Source: a virus. Taken from it: a stretch of DNA of 64,000 nt. The first letter of the stretch is position 1; every line of letters starts with the position of its first letter. The notes under the pieces were generated by a model. That model made no database searches. It worked only from the letters and a program-made list of their open reading frames with translations, and was not told the DNA's origin. A program made the position numbers and the translations under genes. The stretch covers positions 22,012 through 86,011 of the IMG/VR virus record IMGVR_UViG_3300042691_018527, one strand, 5' to 3'. Positions 27,780 through 37,060 of this stretch are shown here, one piece after another.

Positions 27780-29207
27780 ATGGCAGCTAAAAACCTATCA
27801 TTGGATTTAGACTTTTTTGAAAAGATTATAATTTATAATTGTTTAACCGATCAAAATTATTTAGAGACAATCATTGAGCATTTAAAGTCTTCTTATTTTA
27901 AAGAAAAACAACACGCAACTATAATTTCTTTGGTTAAAAACTTTTATTCTGAACATAGCGTCTTTCCAAACCTAACAGAATTAAAAGCGTATTTAACAAC
28001 ACAAGAACAGAGAGAACACTTCAAAGAAGTAATCATATCTTTTAATTCTATTGATAAGAATTACAATAAAGATTTACTAATAAAAAACACAGAGAAATTC
28101 TTAAAAGAAAAGGCAGTGTTAAACACAATGTTTGACACGTCAGTAAATGTTCAAAGTGGAAATATTGATACTGCATCGATATTAAAAAAGTTTGAAGAAG
28201 CTTGTAGTATATCATTGGTTGATAATATTGGATTTGATTACTTGGAAGATATTGAAAAACATTGTGAAGATTTACAAAAAGTTTTTAAAACTGTTTCAAC
28301 TGGTTGGAAATGGTTAGATAAAAATCTTGGTGGTGGATTTATGGCAGAAGGAAGGGCTTTGTATGTATTTTTCGGTATTACAAACGTAGGAAAATCCATA
28401 TTTCTCGGAAATATTGCAACAAATATCTTAAATCAAGACAAAACAGTTGTTTTAATTAGTCTAGAAATGCCAGAACAGGTATATGCAAAAAGAATTTCGG
28501 CACAATTATCAAAAATACCTTCTGATGATTTAAAATTACAAATAAGTCCACTTAAAAACTTTTTAAATCAATATAAAGTAAAAAATAAATCAGCTAAATT
28601 GGTTATTAAAGAATTTCCACCAAAAGGTGTGACTGTTTTAGGTATTAAAAGCTATTTAAAAAAACTTGAAAAGAATAACATTAAGCCAGATGTTGTTATT
28701 ATTGATTATTTGAATTTGATAGCACCACCAACAAATGGACTTAGTTCATATGAATCTGTAAAACAAATATCAGAAGAGGTTAGAGCACTATCATATCACT
28801 TTTCGTGTCCAATTGTGTCTGCAACACAAGCAACGAGAGCGGCTGTAACAACACCAAAACCAGAATTAGATAAAACCAGTGAATCTATGGGTCTTTCGCA
28901 TACTGTTGATGCTCAAATTTCAATTTGGACAGAACAAGGTGATTCAGATTTGGGAATTATTCACATGGGTATAGAAAAAAATAGGTTTGGTCCTAGACAA
29001 GTTTATACACACCTCGAAATTGATTATCCAACATTATCTTTATCAGAACCAACGGACGCTATGTTAGATCTTGTTGATTCAAAATCAGCAAGACCTCCAA
29101 AAATTTCGGATGATATTGAAAAAAATTCAATAGATGAAATCGAAAATTCAAATATTTTTGAAACTTTGAATAGTTTTGAAAATGTAAGTTTTGATGATGA
29201 AAAATAA
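27780..29207 (+). CDS. gp41: replicative DnaB-like helicase gp41
   Basis: NVGKS, ISLEM, KEFPP, IIDYLNL, SATQ, SESMGL, KNRFG motifs. Confidence 0.93.
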   Translation: MAAKNLSLDLDFFEKIIIYNCLTDQNYLETIIEHLKSSYFKEKQHATIISLVKNFYSEHSVFPNLTELKAYLTTQEQREHFKEVIISFNSIDKNYNKDLLIKNTEKFLKEKAVLNTMFDTSVNVQSGNIDTASILKKFEEACSISLVDNIGFDYLEDIEKHCEDLQKVFKTVSTGWKWLDKNLGGGFMAEGRALYVFFGITNVGKSIFLGNIATNILNQDKTVVLISLEMPEQVYAKRISAQLSKIPSDDLKLQISPLKNFLNQYKVKNKSAKLVIKEFPPKGVTVLGIKSYLKKLEKNNIKPDVVIIDYLNLIAPPTNGLSSYESVKQISEEVRALSYHFSCPIVSATQATRAAVTTPKPELDKTSESMGLSHTVDAQISIWTEQGDSDLGIIHMGIEKNRFGPRQVYTHLEIDYPTLSLSEPTDAMLDLVDSKSARPPKISDDIEKNSIDEIENSNIFETLNSFENVSFDDEK

Positions 29208-29229
29208 GTAACTGATTATAAATATCCTT

Positions 29230-30123
29230 ATGCAAAATAAGATTTATCAAATCTTTACTCATAAGGACTTGGATGGTGCAGGAAGTTTATTATCTTTTAT
29301 TTGGTCGCACCCACAAGCAACTATAACATTTACAGAAATAAATAATAATGAATTATTTAAAATAAAGGATTATGTCAAAAAAACATTTAATCCTCCAAGT
29401 ATTTTGATATTTGATATCTCTTTGAGAGATGAATTTTTACCAGAACTAGATAATAGTAACATTACTATAATAGATCATCACAAAAGATCTGAAAACAATA
29501 TATCAAAATTTAAAAATTCAAAAATAGTATATAAAGATTTTTCATCAAACACTCTTCTTTTGAGAAAGTTATTTAAAAACAAAGAGAATGATACATTGGA
29601 TGACAAAAAAAAGAAGTTAATTGCATATATAGATGATTTTGATTCTCAAAAAAATCAATTTAAAGAGTCATACGACTTGAATATTATTTTTTGGACACAG
29701 TTTAAAAATGATTTTACTGGTTTTATAAATTTTTATAAAGATGGTTTTGTTCCTTTTACAGAAAAACAATTAAAATTAATAGAGTATACTAAAAATGTAG
29801 CAGAAGAAGCTTTAAAAAATATAAAATATTTTTCCGGTGAGTTAATAATAGAAGGTTTTCCAAGAAAAACATTAGCATGTTTGACTAATACTACTAACTT
29901 GATAGTTATTGATAAAATAATGAATAAAAATGAACAAAATTTATTCTTTTTCATAAACACTGAAACCGAAAAGGTTAGTATTAAACAAAAAAAATCCAAC
30001 TCGATGATAGATTTACCTAATTTTACAAAAAAATATTGCGACGGTGATGGTAGTTTATTAAATTGCGGTGGAAAAATAACACCATTATTCATGGAACTGA
30101 CAAAAAAACTTAACCCATTATGA
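29230..30123 (+). CDS. DHH-family phosphoesterase-like protein
   Basis: THKDLDG, FDIS and IIDHH motifs; TATAAATA at 29217-29224, 5 nt before ATG. Confidence 0.75.
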   Translation: MQNKIYQIFTHKDLDGAGSLLSFIWSHPQATITFTEINNNELFKIKDYVKKTFNPPSILIFDISLRDEFLPELDNSNITIIDHHKRSENNISKFKNSKIVYKDFSSNTLLLRKLFKNKENDTLDDKKKKLIAYIDDFDSQKNQFKESYDLNIIFWTQFKNDFTGFINFYKDGFVPFTEKQLKLIEYTKNVAEEALKNIKYFSGELIIEGFPRKTLACLTNTTNLIVIDKIMNKNEQNLFFFINTETEKVSIKQKKSNSMIDLPNFTKKYCDGDGSLLNCGGKITPLFMELTKKLNPL

Positions 30124-30419
30124 TAATCACATCATCACAACAACTAGAAGAACTATCTAACCCCTCGAATGCAATAAACGTGGAAGAATTCGAACAGATA
30201 ACCATGCGATTTGGTGCTTTTGTTTGTCTATGTAGGGGTAAGAAGATGAATTATTTGAATTTTTTAAAATATTTGATAGAAGATAAAAGGACACAGAAAA
30301 TTTATTTTGCTTTACTTGGAGAAAATAATCTGCATAATATTATCAGATTGTATCTAAGCTCTACACCCAACGTGTATAAAAAAATGTTTAGATCCAAGTA
30401 TCACAAAAAAAATGAATGA
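30120..30419 (+). CDS. hypothetical protein
   Basis: Overlaps both neighbours in the replication operon. Confidence 0.6.
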   Translation: MIITSSQQLEELSNPSNAINVEEFEQITMRFGAFVCLCRGKKMNYLNFLKYLIEDKRTQKIYFALLGENNLHNIIRLYLSSTPNVYKKMFRSKYHKKNE

Positions 30420-31065
30420 ATTAACAGATTTCGAGAAATTTATATATAATTCTTATTTAAAATATTCAAGATTTGGATTGCCATTTACACCAAGAAGAGA
30501 TTTTTCAAACATTGACGATAATATCGTTGTTTATCTTAAAAAAATTTCTTATTTTTTAACAAAATATAATCACATTAGCGTTGATGAATACTTTAAATCG
30601 TTTGTAGAAATACATAAAGACGAAAAATACCCACAATTAGATTTTTTTTATAGTAGATTAGCACTTAAAACGTATTCTTTATATAAAAAACAGCAAGAAA
30701 ACAGAGATCCAGAAAATCAATTTGATGAAATCAAAAACGGATTTCGTTTTATTGGTAATTTTTGTATTGAAAACAACATCGACATTAAAAAATATCTACA
30801 ACATAAAACAGGTTACATGTATTCTTGGTTAAATCATTATAGAGAACATAGAATAAACCCATATTGTTTGATGGAACTTGGAAATGTTGTTCAAATTTTA
30901 GATGGAATACAAAAAGATGAAGTGTCTCTATTCGCAGATAATCTTAATAACACGTTTGTTGCATTTAAAACAAGATATATGAACTCAACCAAAACAATAT
31001 CTCTTGTCAAGCAAGCAACAAAAAAAATAGAGGATTTCGTAAAAAAAGAGTTGACCCAAAAGTAA
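30412..31065 (+). CDS. putative helicase loader (gp59-like)
   Basis: 217 aa helical, Tyr/Phe-rich protein immediately upstream of gp32; weak by-eye similarity only. Confidence 0.5.
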   Translation: MNELTDFEKFIYNSYLKYSRFGLPFTPRRDFSNIDDNIVVYLKKISYFLTKYNHISVDEYFKSFVEIHKDEKYPQLDFFYSRLALKTYSLYKKQQENRDPENQFDEIKNGFRFIGNFCIENNIDIKKYLQHKTGYMYSWLNHYREHRINPYCLMELGNVVQILDGIQKDEVSLFADNLNNTFVAFKTRYMNSTKTISLVKQATKKIEDFVKKELTQK

Positions 31066-31078
31066 TCTGTGATATATT
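31051..31078 (+). promoter_or_regulatory. sigma70-type promoter for gp32
   Basis: TTGACC-N16-TATATT with TGn, 9 nt before ATG 31088. Confidence 0.6.
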
Positions 31079-31087
31079 AATTTTACC

Positions 31088-31915
31088 ATGAGCAATAAAT
31101 ACAACCAAAGTCTCTTTGATTCACTCAAAGACGCATTAGCAGACAAAAGCAACGTGGAATCCTCTTTCAAGGATTTCCTCAAGTTCGAGCCAGATAAGAC
31201 ATATGTTGTCCGTTTGGTTCCAAACATCAAAGATGGAAAGAAAACACGTTTCCATTATTTCCAGCATATCTTTGATAGTTGTGTGACAGGAAAGAAAATC
31301 TCTGTTCTCTGTCCAAATACATACGGAGAAAAATGCCCAATTGATGAACATCGTTCCAAGGTTTGGGCAACTAAGAACCAAACATTGATTGATCAGGTAA
31401 AACCTTTGAAGAAATCTGAAAGATGGCTCTATAACGCATATGTCATCAAAGATCCGACCAATCCTTCTAATGAAGGAAGTGTCAAAATCTTGAACTCTGG
31501 TGCTCAGTTGCAAAAAATTATTCAATCTGCAATTGATGGAGATGACTCTGACGAGTTCGGTTTTAGAATTTTTGATCTTTCCGAGAATGGTTGCAATTTA
31601 AGGATCAAAGTTGAGAAGAATGATGGTGGTTATCCTTCTTATACAAGTTCTAAGTTCCTTTCACCATCAAAAGTAGATGGTCTTACAGATCAAGATTCTG
31701 CATATGAATCTGTAAAAGACTTAGATTCCTTCTTCCAAAGGAAGACTTATGCAGAAATCAAAGAAATTCTCGATGTTCATTTCTTGGGTAAAGAAAAAGC
31801 AGAATCTATTAATGAAACAGTTGAAGAAGACGAGATTGAAACGGTTCGTGAAGAACCAAAGTCAGCAGTATCTGACATCGACAAAGAGATGGAAGACATT
31901 TTGAAGGATCTTTAA
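31088..31915 (+). CDS. gp32: single-stranded DNA-binding protein gp32
   Basis: VRLVP, H...CPNTYGEKCPI Zn site, VIKDP.NP.NEG.VKI, acidic C-terminal tail. Confidence 0.9.
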   Translation: MSNKYNQSLFDSLKDALADKSNVESSFKDFLKFEPDKTYVVRLVPNIKDGKKTRFHYFQHIFDSCVTGKKISVLCPNTYGEKCPIDEHRSKVWATKNQTLIDQVKPLKKSERWLYNAYVIKDPTNPSNEGSVKILNSGAQLQKIIQSAIDGDDSDEFGFRIFDLSENGCNLRIKVEKNDGGYPSYTSSKFLSPSKVDGLTDQDSAYESVKDLDSFFQRKTYAEIKEILDVHFLGKEKAESINETVEEDEIETVREEPKSAVSDIDKEMEDILKDL

Positions 31916-31916
31916 T

Positions 31917-32396
31917 ATGTCTCCACAGCAAGAAGCTCTGGAAGCTGCAAAAATGGCGGCGATGATTGGTTCACAGTTAAAAACTGTGGACCAATTGTCT
32001 ATTGGTGGGTCTATTCCAGCAAACCGAATAAACATAAACGAGTTTATTGGATGTGTAAACAACCCAAATGCAAGAATAACTAACAAATTTGCACAACCAC
32101 CGCCTGGATTTGCTGCGCCAATTCCAGAAGAAGTAATTCAACAGCAGATTCAGTATACTCCTTTGGTTATACCAACAGAACAAACTCAACCTGTTCAACA
32201 ACAAATTCAACCGGTCCAGTCAGTTTCTATTCCAGAGGCTAAAACAGAACCTATTATTAAAAATGAAAAGGTTCAAGTTAATAGTATAAAATCTGAAAAC
32301 GGTTTAGTGGAAGATATCGCATCAATAAAGAAAAGTGTTGACCAAATCAATAAAAATCTGGTAAGATTAGTGGACATTATCAGAAATAAGAAATGA
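31917..32396 (+). CDS. hypothetical protein (Q/P-rich middle, C-terminal coiled coil)
   Basis: Tightly packed operon ORF. Confidence 0.6.
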   Translation: MSPQQEALEAAKMAAMIGSQLKTVDQLSIGGSIPANRININEFIGCVNNPNARITNKFAQPPPGFAAPIPEEVIQQQIQYTPLVIPTEQTQPVQQQIQPVQSVSIPEAKTEPIIKNEKVQVNSIKSENGLVEDIASIKKSVDQINKNLVRLVDIIRNKK

Positions 32397-33148
32397 GCGA
32401 TCTAGAAATACCAATTCCCAAAACATCACTTGAAAAACTTTTAAAACCAGTAAACAGGTTAACAGAAAGTTGTGTCTTAAAAAGTTCAGATGACTCAATA
32501 TATACTGTATGTTCATCTAATGACAATAGTGTAATTTTGTATGCAAAAACCAAATTACCGAACACAATAGACTCTATACGTTTAAATTTGATCAATATTA
32601 AAAAGTTATTGACTGGTTTAGAATGTTTGGGTGATGAAGGAGATTTTAGTATTTCTTATAATCAAAATAACATTGTTTGTAAGTCATCCAATAATGAAAA
32701 TGGTGAAAACACTCATTTTAAATATCATTTAGTTGATGATAATATTATTAAAGAATCAACTGTAAATGTTCAAAATATTGCAAAATTGAAATTTGATACT
32801 ATTTTTGAAATTTCTACTCAAAAATTGAGACAAATCATTTCTGCATATTCTTTTGTAAACGATGTAAATAAAATTTACTTTTATACAAAAGAAAACATGG
32901 TTTATGCTGAAATAAATGATAGAACATTACAAAATATAGATAATGTTTCATTGTTAGCATCTTCTTCTTATCAAGGCGAAGAAATAAAAATACCACTTTC
33001 CGTTAAAATTGAAGTTTTTAAAATTCTTGCATCGAATAAAAACTCAATAAAAGTAAAAATAAACAACGAGTTTAAAGTTTTTGTTTTTCAAACACAAGAA
33101 GACGAAAATACTGAGTTAAAATATATTATTTCTGCTCTTGTTAAATAA
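32393..33148 (+). CDS. gp45: sliding clamp (gp45/PCNA-like)
   Basis: 251 aa, two-domain alpha/beta pattern ending LKYIISAL; replication context. Confidence 0.65.
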   Translation: MSDLEIPIPKTSLEKLLKPVNRLTESCVLKSSDDSIYTVCSSNDNSVILYAKTKLPNTIDSIRLNLINIKKLLTGLECLGDEGDFSISYNQNNIVCKSSNNENGENTHFKYHLVDDNIIKESTVNVQNIAKLKFDTIFEISTQKLRQIISAYSFVNDVNKIYFYTKENMVYAEINDRTLQNIDNVSLLASSSYQGEEIKIPLSVKIEVFKILASNKNSIKVKINNEFKVFVFQTQEDENTELKYIISALVK

Positions 33149-33171
33149 TAAATTTGTGGTAAATTGTTTAT

Positions 33172-33492
33172 ATGGCAAAGAACAAACTTACAACTGTTGG
33201 CTATTTTATTAAAAGATTAAGAGATTCCGGTTATGTAACCGATAAAGTTTATACTGGATATGCTAAGATAGATCCAAGAGCATGGACTGTCGTTGTTGAT
33301 CCAAAACATACTTCTGTTTTTATAACTTGTTATAATAATCACAACTGTTTTGGAGAAGAGTATTTTGAATTTCATGACGGGGGGCAGTTTGTTCCAGAAA
33401 GATTTAAATTAAAAACTAGTTCAATTGAAACTGTAATTGAATATTTGGTTAAATTTAACATAAATAACAAATCAGATACATATAGTAAGTAG
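33172..33492 (+). CDS. hypothetical protein
   Basis: 106 aa ORF in operon. Confidence 0.6.
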   Translation: MAKNKLTTVGYFIKRLRDSGYVTDKVYTGYAKIDPRAWTVVVDPKHTSVFITCYNNHNCFGEEYFEFHDGGQFVPERFKLKTSSIETVIEYLVKFNINNKSDTYSK

Positions 33493-33497
33493 TTGTT

Positions 33498-33893
33498 ATG
33501 GCGAACTATAAGAAAAAATCTGTATCTCAAAATACAAATAATCCTTCGCTATCGTCTGAGAGTATTCAGCAAAAAAAAGGAATGACCGATGCTGATGTAC
33601 AAGAATTAAATAAAAAAGTTTATGCCGCAATAAACAATTTAGAACTTCAAAAAAGTTTAGATAGATTTCTTAAAGAAAATAGAACCCAACAACAAACCGC
33701 ATTAAGAGATTTAGGTCTTTTAAAATCAATAATAACAGAATATTTAGATTCTTTTATATTGTTTGGTTATAGTATAGATGGTGAAAGAGTAATTATACAG
33801 AATTTTGAAAAATCTAAAGACCGAGATGCTCTTATGGAATTTTTAAAGATAATTTTTTTTAAACAACAACAAGATAATTTTTTAGATGATTGA
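33498..33893 (+). CDS. hypothetical protein
   Basis: GTAAGTA at 33485-33491, 6 nt before ATG. Confidence 0.6.
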   Translation: MANYKKKSVSQNTNNPSLSSESIQQKKGMTDADVQELNKKVYAAINNLELQKSLDRFLKENRTQQQTALRDLGLLKSIITEYLDSFILFGYSIDGERVIIQNFEKSKDRDALMEFLKIIFFKQQQDNFLDD

Positions 33894-34924
33894 TTATGGA
33901 AGAAGAAATACAATATTGTAACACAAGTGCGACAGGTCCAACATTAGGAAAAAGTCCTTTATTAGATCCTTCACTGTTTCCTGTTGGATCTGCTACTTTT
34001 CTTAATCCAAATTATAACATTTTACCATTTCTTTGTAACTTGTTACAAGTTTCTAACGACGAAACAATCAGTCCAGTTTTAGTCGAACAACCAGAGTTTG
34101 ATATTACACCATATACAGATTTTAGTCTTTTAAATAATGTTGGAGATTCTAGAGTTTCTTTGGGTCAATCATTGTCAGCCGCATTTATATATTTTTTACC
34201 AAGAGTAATTGTTCAAAATGAAGTTATTAAATCTGGTGGAACTCAAATAATAAATAATTACATTTGTGATGCCGACGGGAATGTTAAAAAAGAATCACAA
34301 ACAGTACCGGTTATTTTATCTTTAGATTTAAGTGGTGAAAAAAGTTATAAATATGGTGCAATAGAAGTTCCAGCACAAAAATATGAACCAGAAGAGTTAT
34401 TAAAAAGATTTACTGGAGATGATATTACAAACTTTGTAAAAAATTATGTGCAGTCAGAAAAAAATAAACATTCTGAATATTTTGTTAGTTTTATTAATAC
34501 ACACTTTATACCAGCTGGGTGGATACCAACTTTAAAATGTCATAGTAATTTAAATATTTTTTATGTTGAATTGACTCTTAATACAAAAAAAGTTTATTTA
34601 AAATATTATGATGACGTAAAAGAAAATGTAGCAAAATTGTTAGGAATTGATACCATATATTCATATGAAAATCCCCCAAAAATGAGTAGTCAAGCACAAG
34701 CTTCTGCTGTTTTTGGAAAAGTAGAAGATTATAAAAAAATAATGTCTTCTCTAGAATTAGAGAATAATTTTTTAGATTTTGTTTTAAAAAATTATTTAGA
34801 AGATACAACTAAAACTTTTAGTTTTTTCGATTCAAATACGGCAACTAGTAAAAGTATATTCGATAACTTAGATTCGATTTATAAATCTTATAATAACAAT
34901 ATTTCCGAGATAAAAGTAACTTAA
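33890..34924 (+). CDS. hypothetical protein
   Basis: 344 aa ORF; its stop shares TTAA with the convergent gene. Confidence 0.6.
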   Translation: MIMEEEIQYCNTSATGPTLGKSPLLDPSLFPVGSATFLNPNYNILPFLCNLLQVSNDETISPVLVEQPEFDITPYTDFSLLNNVGDSRVSLGQSLSAAFIYFLPRVIVQNEVIKSGGTQIINNYICDADGNVKKESQTVPVILSLDLSGEKSYKYGAIEVPAQKYEPEELLKRFTGDDITNFVKNYVQSEKNKHSEYFVSFINTHFIPAGWIPTLKCHSNLNIFYVELTLNTKKVYLKYYDDVKENVAKLLGIDTIYSYENPPKMSSQAQASAVFGKVEDYKKIMSSLELENNFLDFVLKNYLEDTTKTFSFFDSNTATSKSIFDNLDSIYKSYNNNISEIKVT

Positions 34925-37032
34925 CATTTACCTAAACCGTTGAAACTTGGCGCTGGGTTCATTGAACCATCTGGATTAAATGAATAATTTCCAGTTTCTG
35001 GTGTCAAATTAACATAATTTTGACCGTTAAACCCATTCCCATCACCAACAATGTTGAATCTTTTGTTTCTTTTTGACTTTGCGGCTGAAACGTTTCCACC
35101 AAAACCAGCACCACCGCCACCACAAGACATAATATCTCCTAAATTGGTATTTCCCGGTGCGGATCCCATTCCCTTTTTCTTTGCAGGAGTTGGTACATGA
35201 CTTGGTGATGGTGCTGCTGCTCTAGAAGAAGCCGCGTTTGCATGACCATCAAACGCAGGAACAGAATAATCGTGTGTGTGATCAGTTGTGGGAGAACCAT
35301 GTGAATGTGAAAAAGTAAATACAGGTGTTATTTGTCCTGGAACAACATAACCTACAACATCAGTAACAACTGCTCCACCATATGTGCAAGTACCTTTTCC
35401 TATTCCAATCACTTCTAAAGGCATTGCACCATATGGATACCATCCAGTTAAACCATACCCAGTTGGCGATGCTTCATTATCTACTTGGGTTTTTAATAAA
35501 ATACCGGAATATGCATCCATTATTTTTCCATAAATATAAGACATTCCTTTATCTATAGCAAAAAGTGACAATACTGCATATACATCCAAGCATATTGATT
35601 TTTTTAATGCGTCATATGCTTCTAAAATTGTAGCTTGGTTTCCATTTAATGGAGTATTCCATGTTGCATTATAATTTATTTCATTAGTATCACCGGTTGG
35701 GGTGGTACTCAATCTTTCGGATGGGCATGTAATATGTGTACAACACAATCCACCATCCATTACTAAACTACCTTTTAGTCCAATATCACCAGTAACACTT
35801 AGTTTACCAGCAACAATCGTATTATCTGCCTCTATTCTGCAACCATTATCACCAGAACCGTCTTTGGCATCTATTATAACATTTTTTCCTTTAATAATAG
35901 TTCTATTCGCAGATGTTAGAACAAGTTCACCCTTTGTAGCTGCAATTGTTGCAACCGCAGCATTAGCTTGTAATTTACCAGATGTATTAACTTCAACTCC
36001 CGGTGAGCCAGCATTTACTGTTAATTTATTACAAACGTTTACAACAAGACTTCCTGGATTTATTAATGGATCAGAATGTATTGCATGTTCTGTGCTTCCA
36101 CTAGTATCTAAACACAACCCTGCTCCAACTTGCTTGGCTTTAACAAGAGCAAATGGAGTTACATGTTGACCCTTTTCTCCTTTTCTAGTAACAACAGTTT
36201 CCGCATCATTAGGAACTAATCCAACATCAATTACAACATCACCGGCATATCTTTGAACTTGACTACCACCAGTTCCAAGTTTTTTTTGTTGTTCTTTTAT
36301 TTCTTCTTGTTTTGATTCTAATTCCTTTGCTGCTTTGTCGTTTGCTTCTTGTATTGCTGTTATTGCGGTTTTTACTTTACCGTTTTTACAACCCGGACTT
36401 CCGCAACCCTCACCGCCGTTTAAAGTTGAATTTGGTGTTGCTGTTAAAAACGGAACAATCAACATATTTACGTATTTTTGTATAACATCCCACGGAAATG
36501 GAAATTTTGGTAAATAATCTCTTACTATTTTAAATGCTTTATCAGATATTTGTTGTGCTCTATCTGTTAAAAATTTTTGAGTACAAGTCGGACACGGCAT
36601 ATCTGCACCTTCTGCATTTTCTATGGTGTCCATTTTTGTTTTATCAACACTTTTTGTTAATTCTTGTAATTTTTTTGCTGCCTTTTGTTTTTCTTCGGTT
36701 TGTTCTCCATATTGAACAGTATGGTTTCCTTGAATATATTCATGTTTATCACCACCATAGTTCCATTGAACGTCTCCTCTTACAGAGAAATATAAATTTT
36801 GACCAGCATGGATGCACATATCAGAAGCAGCTTTTAAAGTTACTGTTCCTCCGATAAATTGAATCAAACTTTTAAATTTGTCTTGTAATAAAACATATGA
36901 TCTATCATCGGGTATAAGAGATCCAAACTCATCAACCCTAACTTGATTTTTCATCTCAAAAATGCCAGCTTCTGATGCAATAGTATTTGCTTGATTTGTT
37001 TCAGTTTGAGTTGTTTTTGTTTGCTGTGGCAT
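34921..37032 (-). CDS. gp5 C-terminal-like baseplate spike (beta-helix) protein
   Basis: VRGDVQWNYGGDKHEYIQGNHTVQYG beta-repeats, Gly-rich beta-helix, HSH...HTH near the C-terminus; follows the gp5 OB-fold gene. Confidence 0.65.
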   Translation of the reverse strand: MPQQTKTTQTETNQANTIASEAGIFEMKNQVRVDEFGSLIPDDRSYVLLQDKFKSLIQFIGGTVTLKAASDMCIHAGQNLYFSVRGDVQWNYGGDKHEYIQGNHTVQYGEQTEEKQKAAKKLQELTKSVDKTKMDTIENAEGADMPCPTCTQKFLTDRAQQISDKAFKIVRDYLPKFPFPWDVIQKYVNMLIVPFLTATPNSTLNGGEGCGSPGCKNGKVKTAITAIQEANDKAAKELESKQEEIKEQQKKLGTGGSQVQRYAGDVVIDVGLVPNDAETVVTRKGEKGQHVTPFALVKAKQVGAGLCLDTSGSTEHAIHSDPLINPGSLVVNVCNKLTVNAGSPGVEVNTSGKLQANAAVATIAATKGELVLTSANRTIIKGKNVIIDAKDGSGDNGCRIEADNTIVAGKLSVTGDIGLKGSLVMDGGLCCTHITCPSERLSTTPTGDTNEINYNATWNTPLNGNQATILEAYDALKKSICLDVYAVLSLFAIDKGMSYIYGKIMDAYSGILLKTQVDNEASPTGYGLTGWYPYGAMPLEVIGIGKGTCTYGGAVVTDVVGYVVPGQITPVFTFSHSHGSPTTDHTHDYSVPAFDGHANAASSRAAAPSPSHVPTPAKKKGMGSAPGNTNLGDIMSCGGGGAGFGGNVSAAKSKRNKRFNIVGDGNGFNGQNYVNLTPETGNYSFNPDGSMNPAPSFNGLGKC

Positions 37033-37060
37033 ATTTTTATTTATAAAGATTTTTTATTAA

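Noticed and set aside
34921-34924. Convergent genes sharing a TTAA stop (also at 58163-58166)
   Set aside because: Expected from genome compaction in AT-rich phages
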